Shown piece after piece: positions 1 to 10,363 of a DNA stretch of 40,634 bases (the stretch's first letter is position 1; every line of letters starts with the position of its first letter). The DNA comes from an uncultured Clostridia bacterium (GTDB taxonomy: Bacteria > Bacillota > Clostridia > Christensenellales > UBA1242). The position numbers were made by a program, and so were the translations under genes. The stretch is from positions 1 to 40,634 of the forward strand of contig CALVNK010000003.1 of NCBI GenBank assembly GCA_944349615.1, given 5' to 3'. Below the pieces are notes generated by a model that saw only the letters and a program-made list of their open reading frames with translations, had not been told where the DNA came from and did no database searches.

Positions 1-1
1 A

Positions 2-1891
2 TACTCATTTGATACGGATGGAGGGTCTACTCATGCAGGCGGAACAGCAAATTACGGATCAAACATAACTCTCCCTAAGCCGAATAAGAAAGGGTACACA
101 TTTAAAGGATGGCAACATAGTATAAATAGAAATACATATCAAGCTGGGAGTTATTCAGTAAATGATACAGCAAATTCAGATGCCACAGTTGTATTTACTG
201 CCATATGGGAAGTGAATACATATACTACAACTTTAAATGATGGCACTGGGGCGGTCACTAATTTTGCAGATATGATGATAACAAACTATAACTATACATA
301 TTCAAGCAATGAATACTGCCATACAGTAAATGGAGTGACAATTACCTATGAGAATGGTACAGGGACACTAACATTGAATGGTACACCAACAAATGCATTT
401 ACTATATTTATCAATACAGATTTATCTTTTAAACAAAACGAGGAGTATTCAGTTAAATATACAAAACAAGAAGGCAGTATGACAGGAGGGGGAGCAGGCT
501 GTTTTGTGCTTGAAATATGTGATGAAAATTGGGCAAATTTAAGTACAAGGAATCATTTAGATTTCCAAATGAACGCATCTTCTGGAGAAGCCAAATTAAC
601 TGTTAATGAAAGCGGAGAGACAAATGGCAAAGGGTTGAGACTGTGGTTTTGGTTTAATGCAAACGCAACGCCCGCTAGAGTATTTAACAATTTTAAAATA
701 AAGATTACACTTGAAAAACTTGGCGAAAATCAAAATGTAATAAAGACTGTAAAAGTAACCTACGGTTCACAATTAAGAGGGGTCTCTATACCAAGCAAGA
801 TTGGATATACCTTCAACGGCTATTTCGACATGGCAAGTGGTGGCAAACAGTACTATAAAGAAACAGGCGTGGCAATTACGGAGATTTGGAAAGAAACAAA
901 TAATATTAACCTCTATGCACAGTGGACACCACATTCTTATACAATAGTATTCGATGGGAATGGCAGTACAAGCGGAAATACCTCTTCAAATAGTGCAACT
1001 TATGATAGCAATGTCGTACTTTCTTCAAATGGATTTAAAAGGACAGGTTATGTATTCACAGGCTGGAATACTAAGTCGGACGGGAAAGGTAAAAGTTATT
1101 TAGACAAAGCAACAGTAAAAAACTTGACAAGCGTTGACGGTGCAACAATCACTCTCTATGCACAGTGGGAGGAGACGATTGCAAGCGGTGCAACTGATAT
1201 ATACTCAACAGCGGGAACATATTACATATCGTCACTAGCAGATTTTGTAAAGCTTATCAATACAACAGAGAACCTTGCTATTGGAAATGGTTATACCTTT
1301 ATCCAAACAGCAGACATAGACCTAAGCGGAACATATTTGCCTATCGGTAGATTAAACTCATTCTCAGGAACTTATGACGGACAAGGATATACAATAAGTG
1401 GACTTAGAACATATAATGGGACAGACGCGGATGGCAACTATCTTGAAACAAATGGCGGACTATTTGCAAATGCAAGTGGAGCGACGATAAAGAATTTGAT
1501 AATAGAAGGGGCGAATATATATGGGCAGAATGCCGGAATAATTGCAGGTAGTGGAAATTCAAGTACAAATATATCAAACTGTGTTGTAAGTGGTATCGTC
1601 AATGGAACAAATGCTGGCAGTATAATAGGCAATGGCAATGGAGCGAACATTTCAATGTGTCTAGCAAAAGGAGTAAACACTGCAAGTTTTGCTTCAGGCA
1701 GTGCAAGTATTGATAGTTGTATCTATGAACTAAACGACACAAATAAAACAAGGGGAAAGAGTAGTACCTTTAATAAGTATAGTGAATGGATCTATCCATC
1801 TAATTTTGCCTATCCAATGCCAAAGGCATTTATGTGGTATCCATATCCTGAACTTACAAAAGAGAGTTTGAATACTTGGTTAAATAGGTAA
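2..1891 (+). CDS. Large surface/secreted protein with Listeria-Bacteroides (InlB B-type) repeats and a GLUG-like/beta-helix C-terminal region; 5'-truncated by the window edge
   Basis: The frame of ORF 212..1891 is open back to position 2 (YSFDTDGGS...KKGYTFKGW...VFTAIWEVN). Repeated motifs KIGYTFNGY..LYAQW and RTGYVFTGWNTK..LYAQW. C-terminal QTADIDLSG..PIG..FSGTYDGQGYTISGL. Confidence 0.75.
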   Translation, partial: YSFDTDGGSTHAGGTANYGSNITLPKPNKKGYTFKGWQHSINRNTYQAGSYSVNDTANSDATVVFTAIWEVNTYTTTLNDGTGAVTNFADMMITNYNYTYSSNEYCHTVNGVTITYENGTGTLTLNGTPTNAFTIFINTDLSFKQNEEYSVKYTKQEGSMTGGGAGCFVLEICDENWANLSTRNHLDFQMNASSGEAKLTVNESGETNGKGLRLWFWFNANATPARVFNNFKIKITLEKLGENQNVIKTVKVTYGSQLRGVSIPSKIGYTFNGYFDMASGGKQYYKETGVAITEIWKETNNINLYAQWTPHSYTIVFDGNGSTSGNTSSNSATYDSNVVLSSNGFKRTGYVFTGWNTKSDGKGKSYLDKATVKNLTSVDGATITLYAQWEETIASGATDIYSTAGTYYISSLADFVKLINTTENLAIGNGYTFIQTADIDLSGTYLPIGRLNSFSGTYDGQGYTISGLRTYNGTDADGNYLETNGGLFANASGATIKNLIIEGANIYGQNAGIIAGSGNSSTNISNCVVSGIVNGTNAGSIIGNGNGANISMCLAKGVNTASFASGSASIDSCIYELNDTNKTRGKSSTFNKYSEWIYPSNFAYPMPKAFMWYPYPELTKESLNTWLNR

Positions 1892-1901
1892 AAAATAAAT
1901 T

Positions 1902-1930
1902 AGACTTGTGTATTTGCATAGGTCTTTTTT
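1902..1930 (+). terminator. Rho-independent terminator
   Basis: AGACTTGTG...CATAGGTCT stem (with G-U pairs) followed by a T run, just after the stop at 1891. Confidence 0.65.
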
Positions 1931-1991
1931 ATTGTTGGACACAATTCAACCTGCTTTATAAAAAAAATTTTAAAAAAAATGGCAAAAAGGG

Positions 1992-2020
1992 TTGACTAAT
2001 TTGTGAAAAATGCATATACT
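1992..2020 (+). promoter_or_regulatory. Sigma-A promoter of the hrcA/dnaK operon
   Basis: TTGACT (1992-1997), 17 bp, TATACT (2015-2020). Confidence 0.85.
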
Positions 2021-2024
2021 ATTG

Positions 2025-2051
2025 CTAGCACTTGAAATATGAGAGTGCTAA
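2025..2051 (+). promoter_or_regulatory. CIRCE element (HrcA operator)
   Basis: CTAGCACTT-N9-GAGTGCTAA versus consensus TTAGCACTC-N9-GAGTGCTAA, directly downstream of the promoter and upstream of hrcA. Confidence 0.92.
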
Positions 2052-2074
2052 AAAAGTCGAAAATAGAGGTTGAT

Positions 2075-3076
2075 ATGGGGTTGTCAGATCGTAAAAAGAA
2101 AATTCTTTGTATGGCAGTTGAAGAATACATCAAAGATTGTTCTCCAATAACAAGTGGGGGAATAAAAGACGCGACAAGCCTTGAGTGTTCAACAGCCACT
2201 CTTCGAAGCGAACTTAATGCGCTTGAAGCCATGGGATATTTAAGACAGTTGCATACATCGGGCGGGAGAATTCCTACTGCACAAGGATATAGATTCTATG
2301 TAGAAAATCTGCTCTCAAATGCCAACTTTACAGAGAGTGAAATTGATAAAGTAGGGCAGATAATAGATTCTAAGACTAATTCACTAAGCGAGATAGTCAG
2401 CGGTATTGCTAAGGCGCTTAGTCAAGCAACAAATTATCCGACCGTTGTCATGGTTGATGGGCTTGAAAATCTCATTTTGACTGAATTTAAAATCATACCA
2501 CTTCTTGAGGACAAACTCATGGTGCTGATTGGCACTGTTGCAGGATATCTCACTCAAAATATAGAGGTGAAAGCAACGAGCGAAGATTGTGAAAATGCAT
2601 CGATTTATCTCACAAATCACTTTAGAGGTGAAACAATTGGAACGATGATTGACAATATTGAGCAGTTTGAAGATGGTATGCACAGTGAAATTGACGCATT
2701 TAGCGAAGTTGTCAAGACACTCATTGCAGGGCTTAAAAAGTTAAACAGCCAAAAGCAATTTAATGTAAGGCGAGAAGGTAGTGCGAAGCTTCTTGAAAAC
2801 AAGGACGGCATAGAAGATGCAAAAAATGTCTTAGGCGTGCTTGAGGACGAAGATAAATTGTCGGACATAATGCAGATCAAGGGGGAAGGCACGATTGAAG
2901 TCACTGTGGCTGACGAAGATGATGCCAAGTGCTCGGTTGTGAAGGCGCCTATCAAGGTTGGCGGACGACAACTTGCCTCGATTGGTGTTATTGGACCTCA
3001 AAGAATGGACTATGCAGGAATTGCAAGTGCGCTTAAGGTGCTGATTGACAACTTAAACGACTTAAAAGGAGAATAG
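2075..3076 (+). CDS. hrcA: Heat-inducible transcription repressor HrcA
   Basis: LSDRKKKIL...ATLRSELNALEAMGYLRQLHTSGGRIPT..GYRFYV and C-terminal IGVIGPQRMDY. Start moved to ATG 2075 (GAGGT SD) because ATG 2039 lies inside the CIRCE. Confidence 0.95.
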   Translation: MGLSDRKKKILCMAVEEYIKDCSPITSGGIKDATSLECSTATLRSELNALEAMGYLRQLHTSGGRIPTAQGYRFYVENLLSNANFTESEIDKVGQIIDSKTNSLSEIVSGIAKALSQATNYPTVVMVDGLENLILTEFKIIPLLEDKLMVLIGTVAGYLTQNIEVKATSEDCENASIYLTNHFRGETIGTMIDNIEQFEDGMHSEIDAFSEVVKTLIAGLKKLNSQKQFNVRREGSAKLLENKDGIEDAKNVLGVLEDEDKLSDIMQIKGEGTIEVTVADEDDAKCSVVKAPIKVGGRQLASIGVIGPQRMDYAGIASALKVLIDNLNDLKGE

Positions 3077-3772
3077 ATGAGAGGAAAACATAGAGAGCGT
3101 GAAGAAAATCTTAGCGAGAGCGAAGAGGTAAAAAATCAAGACATTTCATACGAAGAAATGGAAGAAGACAAGCAAAAATGCAAATGCGATGAAGGTTGCT
3201 CTTGCACAGATGACTGCAAGTGCGGCGAAGATTGCGATTGTTACAAAGGTGACAACAAGGATTGCGGACATTGCCATTGTCATGATAGCTTACAAAACGA
3301 TCAATGTGATTGTTGCGAGGAAAACCATGAAGAAGAATCTAGCAAAAAAGATTTGGCGAGCGAATATTTAAACATGGCAAGACAAATTCAGGCAGATTTT
3401 GAAAACTTTAGGCGTCACGCAGTAGATGACATAAAGAAATCGCGAATAGAAGGTCAGGAGTCGGTAATAGAGGTTTTCTTGCCTTGTCTTGATACTTTTA
3501 AGGAAGCGAAGAAAAGCATAAACGATGAAAATGTGCTTAAAGGTGTGCAGATGATTGAAGATAAAATTCAAGATGCGCTTAAATCACTTGGTGTAGAAAA
3601 GATTGCCTCAGTTGGCGAAAAATTTAATCCGCATCTGCACCATGTAATTGCTGTTATGAAAGACAGCGAAAAAGACAACGATATCATACTTGATGAATAT
3701 CAAGCGGGATATAAATTTAATGACAAAGTTATAAGATATGCTATGGTCTTAGTCAATAAAAAGGAGGATTAA
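3077..3772 (+). CDS. grpE: Nucleotide exchange factor GrpE with a Cys/His-rich N-terminal insertion
   Basis: [37 protein letters not shown]; lies between hrcA and dnaK. Confidence 0.93.
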   Translation: MRGKHREREENLSESEEVKNQDISYEEMEEDKQKCKCDEGCSCTDDCKCGEDCDCYKGDNKDCGHCHCHDSLQNDQCDCCEENHEEESSKKDLASEYLNMARQIQADFENFRRHAVDDIKKSRIEGQESVIEVFLPCLDTFKEAKKSINDENVLKGVQMIEDKIQDALKSLGVEKIASVGEKFNPHLHHVIAVMKDSEKDNDIILDEYQAGYKFNDKVIRYAMVLVNKKED

Positions 3773-3776
3773 AATT

Positions 3777-5621
3777 ATGGGAAAAATTATTGGAATAGAC
3801 TTAGGTACAACAAATTCTTGTGTTGCTGTAATGGAAGGCGGAAAGCCTACTGTTATTGCAAATGCTGAAGGGGATAGAACAACTCCTTCGGTTGTCGCTT
3901 ATACTAAAGAAGGCGAAAGACTTGTCGGCAAGGTTGCCAAAAGACAGGCAATTGTAAATGCCGAAAACACTGTACAATCTATCAAAAGAGAGATGGGTAC
4001 AAACTACAAAGTTACATTGAATGGCAAGGAATACACTCCACAAGAGATTTCTGCCATGATCTTGTCAAAACTTAAGGCAGATGCTGAGAGCTATCTTGGC
4101 GGAGCAGTTACTCAAGCAGTTATTACAGTTCCTGCTTACTTTAATGACTCACAGCGTCAAGCTACAAAAGATGCAGGTAAAATTGCAGGACTTGAAGTAC
4201 TTCGTATTATCAACGAACCAACTGCTGCCGCTCTTGCTTACGGACTTGACAAGGGTGAAAACTCAAATCAAAAGATACTCGTATATGACCTTGGTGGCGG
4301 TACTTTCGATGTATCTATACTTGAGATTGGTGACGGCGTATTTGAAGTTCTTTCAACAAATGGTAACACCCGTCTTGGTGGAGATGACTTCGATAATAGA
4401 ATTATCGACCTTCTTGTTGAAGAGTTTAAAAAGACAAACGGTATAGACCTTACAAGTGACAAACTTGCTATGCAAAGACTTAAGGAAGCGGCAGAAAAGG
4501 CTAAAATCGACCTTTCAGCTACTCCAAAAACAACAATCTCACTTCCATTTATTTCAGCTGATGCAACAGGCCCTAAACATATGGAATATGAGCTTACTCG
4601 TGCAAAATTTGACTCAATTACAGAAGATCTTGTAAAAGAAACAATCGACTGCACTGTGAGAGCACTACAAGACGCCAAACTTGACAAAAATCAAATTGAC
4701 AAAGTTGTTCTCGTTGGTGGTTCAACAAGAATTCCAGCAGTTCAGGAAGCTGTTAAATCATTTACTGGTAAAGAGCCTTACAAGGGCATCAACCCTGACG
4801 AATGTGTGGCTGTCGGTGCTGCAATACAGGCTGGCGTTCTTGGCGGAGAAGTTAAAGATGTCCTTCTTCTTGATGTTACTCCACTTTCACTTGGTATCGA
4901 AACACTTGGCGGAGTATTTACAAAACTTATCGAGAGAAATACAACTATCCCTACAAGAAAATCACAGATCTTCTCAACTGCTGTAGATAATCAGCCAGGA
5001 GTTGATATCCATGTTCTTCAAGGTGAAAGAGAGTTCGCAAATCAAAACAAGACTCTTGGAAGATTCCAACTTTCAGATATTCCACCAGCACCAAGAGGCG
5101 TTCCTCAAATCGAAGTTACATTCGATATTGATGCTAACGGTATCGTTAAAGTATCTGCAAAAGACCTTGGCACAAACAAGGAGCAGAATATAACAATCAC
5201 TGCTTCATCAAACCTTAAGGAAGAAGATATCGAAAAGGCAATCAAAGAGGCAGAAGCTCACGCTGAAGAAGATAAGAGGAGAAAGGAACTGGTAGAAACT
5301 AAAAACCAGGCTGATAACTTAGTTTACGGCCTTGAAAAGATGCTTAAAGAAAATGGCGACAAACTCGAAGAGGCTGATAAGAAGAAGCTTGAAGAAGCAA
5401 TCGAAAAATCTAAGAAAGACTTTGAGAGTGAAGATATCGAAGTTGTTAAGAAGGCTATTGACGAACTCACAAATGTTTCAAATGGTATTGTTTCTAAGAT
5501 GTACAGTTCAGCAAACCCTAACGGAAATGCTGGTGCAAATGGTGATGCAGGCGCAAGTGATGGCTCAAACGGCGACAATGGCTCAGATCCTGAAGTAGTT
5601 GTTGACGATGACAATAAGTAA
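3777..5621 (+). CDS. dnaK: Chaperone DnaK (Hsp70)
   Basis: [40 protein letters not shown]; AGGAGG SD. Confidence 0.99.
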   Translation: MGKIIGIDLGTTNSCVAVMEGGKPTVIANAEGDRTTPSVVAYTKEGERLVGKVAKRQAIVNAENTVQSIKREMGTNYKVTLNGKEYTPQEISAMILSKLKADAESYLGGAVTQAVITVPAYFNDSQRQATKDAGKIAGLEVLRIINEPTAAALAYGLDKGENSNQKILVYDLGGGTFDVSILEIGDGVFEVLSTNGNTRLGGDDFDNRIIDLLVEEFKKTNGIDLTSDKLAMQRLKEAAEKAKIDLSATPKTTISLPFISADATGPKHMEYELTRAKFDSITEDLVKETIDCTVRALQDAKLDKNQIDKVVLVGGSTRIPAVQEAVKSFTGKEPYKGINPDECVAVGAAIQAGVLGGEVKDVLLLDVTPLSLGIETLGGVFTKLIERNTTIPTRKSQIFSTAVDNQPGVDIHVLQGEREFANQNKTLGRFQLSDIPPAPRGVPQIEVTFDIDANGIVKVSAKDLGTNKEQNITITASSNLKEEDIEKAIKEAEAHAEEDKRRKELVETKNQADNLVYGLEKMLKENGDKLEEADKKKLEEAIEKSKKDFESEDIEVVKKAIDELTNVSNGIVSKMYSSANPNGNAGANGDAGASDGSNGDNGSDPEVVVDDDNK

Positions 5622-5622
5622 T

Positions 5623-6086
5623 ATGAAATATCTATTGATAGTTGATGTCCAAAATGGATTTATTAATGACAAAAATAGTAAGATTGTTCCAAATATAGAA
5701 AAATTGGTAAAATCCTAGATTTCGATGAGATAATCGTTACTAAATTTATTAATAAACCAGACAGTCAATATTTTAAGCAATTAAATTGGCAAAAAATGAC
5801 AAGTTCGCCGGATATAGATTTGGCATTCAATTTACAAGATCAAGCGAAGGTGACAATTATAGAAAAAACATCTTATTCGCTTCCACAAAACATTGTAAAT
5901 TCTCTTTTTGATGATGATGCCGAGATCTATATCTGCGGACTTAATTATGTTGCTTGCGTGCTTGCGATAGGCTTTCAGTTATTTGATTTAGGATATGGCG
6001 TCAAATTTTTGATGAATGCTATCTCAACTGCAAACTCTGAGCCAATGCCCATTGAATATTTTGAAAAGATTATTATAATAAAATAG
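5623..6086 (+). pseudogene. Frameshifted isochorismatase/nicotinamidase-family cysteine hydrolase
   Basis: ATG 5623 gives MKYLLIVDVQNGFIND...KLVKS-stop (5716-5718). The frame of ORF 5796..6086 continues ILDFDEIIVTKFIN...ICGLNYVACVLA. One extra A in GGTAAAATCC (~5709-5712) would join them. Confidence 0.75.
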
Positions 6087-6123
6087 ATAAAAATTCATAT
6101 ACTTAAAATTTTAAGGAAAAATT

Positions 6124-7245
6124 ATGGCAAATAAAGATTATTATTCAATTCTTGGGGTTGATAAAAATGCAAGTGATGATGAGATCAAATCGGCTTATCG
6201 CAGGCTTGCAAAAAAATATCATCCCGATCTAAATAAAACTGAAGAAGCGGCGGCAAAGTTTAAAGAGATCAATGAAGCCTACCAAGTGCTTGGTGACAGT
6301 CAAAAGCGAGCAAGCTATGATCAGTTTGGCTCAGCCGATGGCAATCCATTCGGCGCAGGTGGAGGCGGTGGCGGCTTTGATGATTTCTTTGGTGGCTCTG
6401 GCGGATTTTCTGATATCTTTTCTGATATCTTCTCTGCTTTTGGCGGAAATGGAAGACGCACGCAGGTTAAAGAACGCGGTCAAGATATAAACACTCAAAT
6501 CACACTTTCTTTTGAAGAAGCATGCTTTGGCTGTGAAAAAAATATCACGCTTTCTAAAATAACAAAGTGTGCTAAGTGCAACGGAACAGGTGCTAAAAAT
6601 GGTAAAGAATTCTCTGTTTGTCCAGAGTGTAATGGTACAGGCAGAGTGCGCTACCAACAAAATACATTGTTTGGTACGACTATTCGAGAAGCAGGCTGTC
6701 CGAAATGTAATGCAACAGGAAAGATTATCAAAGAAAAATGTCCAGATTGCAACGGAAAAGGCTATGAAAAATCTAATAAGACGATCAAAGTCAAATTCCC
6801 TGCTGGAATCGACAATGGTCAAACTCTGCGCATGAAGGGCGAGGGCAATGCACCTGTGCGCGAAGGAATAAATGGAGATTTAAACATCAAAGTCAATGTC
6901 ACGCCACATAAAATCTTGGTGAGAAAGGGCAATGACTTGTATATGGACTTGTATCTTCCTTTCACTACGACTTTGCTTGGTGGCAAGGTTGATATTCCTA
7001 CTTTGGACGGCGTATATCAATTAAATATTCCAGAACTTACCGCATCTGGTACAGTTATGAGAATAAAAAATAAGGGCGTCAAAGTACTTAATCGAGATAG
7101 TTACGGAGATTTGCTTGTAACTATAAAAGCAGAAGTGCCAAAGAGTTTGGATAAATCTGTCAAAGCAAAACTCAAAGACCTTGCATCGTCAATAGGAGAC
7201 AATTCCTATACAAAATACAATAATTACCTAAGAAAAATGAAATAA
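6124..7245 (+). CDS. dnaJ: Chaperone DnaJ
   Basis: J domain with HPD, G/F-rich region, four CxxCx(G/A)xG zinc motifs. Confidence 0.98.
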   Translation: MANKDYYSILGVDKNASDDEIKSAYRRLAKKYHPDLNKTEEAAAKFKEINEAYQVLGDSQKRASYDQFGSADGNPFGAGGGGGGFDDFFGGSGGFSDIFSDIFSAFGGNGRRTQVKERGQDINTQITLSFEEACFGCEKNITLSKITKCAKCNGTGAKNGKEFSVCPECNGTGRVRYQQNTLFGTTIREAGCPKCNATGKIIKEKCPDCNGKGYEKSNKTIKVKFPAGIDNGQTLRMKGEGNAPVREGINGDLNIKVNVTPHKILVRKGNDLYMDLYLPFTTTLLGGKVDIPTLDGVYQLNIPELTASGTVMRIKNKGVKVLNRDSYGDLLVTIKAEVPKSLDKSVKAKLKDLASSIGDNSYTKYNNYLRKMK

Positions 7246-7248
7246 ATC

Positions 7249-7293
7249 AAAAAGACCAAATAGTGTAAAATACATCATATTGGGTCTTTTTTT
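7249..7293. terminator. Bidirectional terminator between convergent dnaJ and rsmE
   Basis: AAAAAGACCAAATA...TATTGGGTCTTTTTTT: A run, stem, T run. Confidence 0.7.
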
Positions 7294-7314
7294 GTTTAAT
7301 AAATTTTAAATTAT

Positions 7315-8013
7315 TTAATTTTTAGTAAAATAGTTTACAAGGGTTAGCAAAGTTAGGCTTGCTGTGTCACAGCGTAAAATTCGCGAGCCGAGTGATGTGG
7401 TGATGACTTTTCTTTGACAAATCTGGGTGGCTTCCTTTTCGCTAAAACCGCCTTCAGCACCGACAATCAATGCAATGTTATCAAAACTTGAAATTTTTGC
7501 AAAATCATAATACTCTTTGCATTTCTCATAAGCAAAGATCACACAGTCAAATTTAGATAATTTTTCTAGCATTTTGTCAAAGGATAAAATGTCATTTGCC
7601 GAGATCAGTTTACTACGCTCACATTGTTTGCAAGCGGTCATGATTTGTGAAGAAAGTCTTTCTTTTTTTAGTGGCATATTCGCAGAATATTCACTTTTGA
7701 AAAAATATAGATCACTCACGCCAAGTTCTATTGATTTTGCAACGGTTTTATCAAAATAATCTTTTTTTGGTAACATTTGAAAAAGAGTGATGTGTTTTTT
7801 AGGATTGCTTTTATTTTCTTGAATATCGTCTATATCACAAATGCATCTATCTTTTAAAATAGATTTTATAGTACAGTAATAGTCATTGTCATCACTGATA
7901 CAGGCGATAAGTTTATCACCTTCGCTCATTCTCAGCACTTTTTTGAGATGAAAAAACTCATCTTCTAAAATAATTATTTCATTTCCTTTTTTTTCGCCAA
8001 AAAATCTTCTCAT
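7315..8013 (-). CDS. rsmE: 16S rRNA m3U1498 methyltransferase RsmE
   Basis: MRRFF, HLKKVLRM, ACKQCERS, IVGAEGGFS, SLGSRILRCDTA (SPOUT motifs). Confidence 0.92.
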   Translation of the reverse strand: MRRFFGEKKGNEIIILEDEFFHLKKVLRMSEGDKLIACISDDNDYYCTIKSILKDRCICDIDDIQENKSNPKKHITLFQMLPKKDYFDKTVAKSIELGVSDLYFFKSEYSANMPLKKERLSSQIMTACKQCERSKLISANDILSFDKMLEKLSKFDCVIFAYEKCKEYYDFAKISSFDNIALIVGAEGGFSEKEATQICQRKVITTSLGSRILRCDTASLTLLTLVNYFTKN

Positions 8014-8134
8014 GAATGTATTATAGCATGATTTTAATATATTTAAAAATAATAATTTAATTTTCCTTTATATTTGCGATTTAGCAAAAAAACATATTTT
8101 TAATAATAAATTTAAGTTTTTTTTGATTTTTTTC

Positions 8135-8449
8135 TTATATTTTTCTATTTTTGCCATTGCATCTTGATAGAAGATAGCCTGCAAAGAAATAGAATGCGCG
8201 GTTATCTATATTACATACAGGGTTCGGTGGCGAGCAAGGCGGAAAATTTGGCTGGCAGGGACATGAAAAGTCGCAACTTGGCTGGCAATGAAATGAAAAA
8301 TCGCAATTAGGTGGTGTGGCGTAATGTGGCGGAGGAAAACAGTTTTGGCATGGATTTGAAAATGTCCAATTGCCTAAAAATCTATTACAGCCACAGGGAC
8401 TACAAAGGTCAATGAAAGCGCCTTGGCGATATCTTGTGTTTATAAGCAT
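8135..8449 (-). CDS. Small Cys/Pro-rich protein (possible spore coat/exosporium-type protein)
   Basis: AAAAGGAG SD upstream of the ATG; 13 Cys in 104 aa; internal repeat CDFSFHCQP / CDFSCPCQP. Confidence 0.6.
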   Translation of the reverse strand: MLINTRYRQGAFIDLCSPCGCNRFLGNWTFSNPCQNCFPPPHYATPPNCDFSFHCQPSCDFSCPCQPNFPPCSPPNPVCNIDNRAFYFFAGYLLSRCNGKNRKI

Positions 8450-8623
8450 TTTTTTCTCCTTTTGTATTTAAGTAATTTTTTTTCAAATTTTTGTTTGTCA
8501 ATAATTTTTATTATTGAAAGTCGAATTCCTGGTAGATACTATGTGATGGTGTGCAAATAGCACACAAATTCGACAGAATTTATTAAAATTTTATGACAAT
8601 AAAATTTTAACAACACATAGTAT

Positions 8624-9652
8624 ATGAATATGACAGTCATTATATCGACTTTGACAATCGTAAGTGTAATCATAGGGTCGGGCTTTATTAGTGGCAAGGA
8701 AATTGCCACTTTCTTTTCACGCTTTGGGACCATCTCATTTGCTTGTATATGCCTAGCATTTGCAATTTATTTTTTTACAATCAAGTTTATTCTAATTCAC
8801 GCATCAAAGATTTTAGATAGGCTTTCTTCTTCTCGTCTTGCAAGCATCTCTAACTTGATTATATCAATAGTCATTACAAGTGCGATGTTTGCGGGACTTA
8901 CCAAGGTTTTACAATTTCATTTTGTCTTTAATTTATTAATCTTATTTATCATTATAATCGGAGCAACTTTTGTTTTCAAAAGGGGGCTGAAAGCACTTTC
9001 GAAAATAAATCTATTTTTTACAGGTACGAGCATCTTGATTTTTTCCTTTTTGATATTTTCAAGGCTTGGTGATAATATTGTTACGCTAAAAAGCAGTATT
9101 TTCGCGCCTATTTACTCGCTACTCTATGTTGCTCTCAATCTATCCCTTTCGATTGTCATCATTGCAAGCATTGGCAAGAAGCTTTCGTCAAGACAAAAGA
9201 CACGAGTGGCATTTCTGTCGGCACTCGTGCTTTGTTTACTTATCTTCATAGTAAATATTGTTTTGCTTCAAAATCAGTCGCTTTTAGGTCAAGATATGCC
9301 CATTTTGTCACTCTTTAGTGGCAAGGCAAGGATAGTCATGCAAATAATTATCTTCATAAGTTGTTTGACCTCCATTTACTCACTTGTATTTTCTACTTCT
9401 GTTTCTTTGCGAGGGCTGTGCAAAAATGAATTTATAAATTTTGGAGTGAGTATAATTTTGCCACTGCTTTTAGGTTTGATTGGCTATGGCGTTATAATTG
9501 ACTATGTCTATCCTATTATCAGCGTGCTTAGTGTAATTGTACTAATCGATCTACTTTTTATACCTTTTTTCAAGCGGACTAACAAGAAAATACATTCCAG
9601 CGGCAAGGATACAAAGAAGGGTGATGCTTGCCATAACGATATCAAGTTTTAG
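8624..9652 (+). CDS. YkvI-like multi-pass membrane protein
   Basis: IIGSGFISGKEIATFFSRFG N-terminal motif, about 10 hydrophobic segments, C-terminal IIDYVYPII. The start may be 8630. Confidence 0.7.
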   Translation: MNMTVIISTLTIVSVIIGSGFISGKEIATFFSRFGTISFACICLAFAIYFFTIKFILIHASKILDRLSSSRLASISNLIISIVITSAMFAGLTKVLQFHFVFNLLILFIIIIGATFVFKRGLKALSKINLFFTGTSILIFSFLIFSRLGDNIVTLKSSIFAPIYSLLYVALNLSLSIVIIASIGKKLSSRQKTRVAFLSALVLCLLIFIVNIVLLQNQSLLGQDMPILSLFSGKARIVMQIIIFISCLTSIYSLVFSTSVSLRGLCKNEFINFGVSIILPLLLGLIGYGVIIDYVYPIISVLSVIVLIDLLFIPFFKRTNKKIHSSGKDTKKGDACHNDIKF

Positions 9653-10363
9653 AATTTGACTTCCGTAATTGATAAGATAGCCAAGTCCTGCCTTGCTTGA
9701 AAGGTATTCGCCCATAATCGTACCCACCCAACTCATGCCGACATTGATTTTTAGTACCGATATGAATTGTGGAAGGGAGTTAGGCAGGATGAGTTTAAAT
9801 AATATTTGGAATTTATTTGCATGCATTGATTTCATTAGAAGCAGTTTATCGCTATCACAAGAAATGAATGCATTCAGCATTGAGATTATTGTCAGTACCA
9901 CGCATATCAGGATACACATCACAATTGTTGCGCCCGTGCCTGAACCTACCCAGAAGATAATCATTGGACCTAGTGCAATCTTTGGCAAAGAATTGAGAAT
10001 GATTAGGTATGGCTCCATCATTCGCCTTAATTTTTCGCTCCACCAAAGTATTATTGCAATTACCACGCCGATTACAGTTGCAAGGGCAAAACCTATCAAG
10101 GTTTCATAGAGCGAAGTCCAAATGTGGATCCAAAGATTTCCGCCCTTTGCAAGATCTATGATGGTTGTTACAATTCTCGATGGACTTGAAAAGAAAAAGG
10201 GATCAAGGACGCCGGTAAAAGCAAGCAGTTCCCATAGTCCAATAAATATTGCAAAGATTGCTAACTGTCCAAAAAGGACAATGACCTTATCTTTTCGTAT
10301 TTTCTTTAAATAATCTTTTCTTGCTTTAGAGTAGTTTATAATTTTTTTCTTTTTGTTTTTCAT
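9551..10363 (-). CDS. ABC transporter permease (NitT/TauT/SsuC-type)
   Basis: FFSSPSRI, LNSLPKIALGP, SWVGTIMGEYLSSKAGLGYLI. ATG overlaps the ATPase stop (TAATG). Confidence 0.88.
   Translation of the reverse strand: MKNKKKKIINYSKARKDYLKKIRKDKVIVLFGQLAIFAIFIGLWELLAFTGVLDPFFFSSPSRIVTTIIDLAKGGNLWIHIWTSLYETLIGFALATVIGVVIAIILWWSEKLRRMMEPYLIILNSLPKIALGPMIIFWVGSGTGATIVMCILICVVLTIISMLNAFISCDSDKLLLMKSMHANKFQILFKLILPNSLPQFISVLKINVGMSWVGTIMGEYLSSKAGLGYLINYGSQILKLDIVMASITLLCILAAGMYFLVSPLEKRYKK

Noticed and set aside
2039-2074. Longer N-termini given by the ORF track for hrcA (also scaffold, der, spoIVA, holins)
   Set aside because: The upstream starts overlap operators, promoters or neighbouring genes. 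The downstream ATGs have proper SD spacing and family-typical N-termini.
3801-5614. Alternative-frame and antisense ORFs over dnaK (and similar ones over hrcA, dnaJ, portal, spoIVA, pcrA, ligA)
   Set aside because: Shadow ORFs arising from codon bias of well-supported genes; no SD sites or recognisable motifs.
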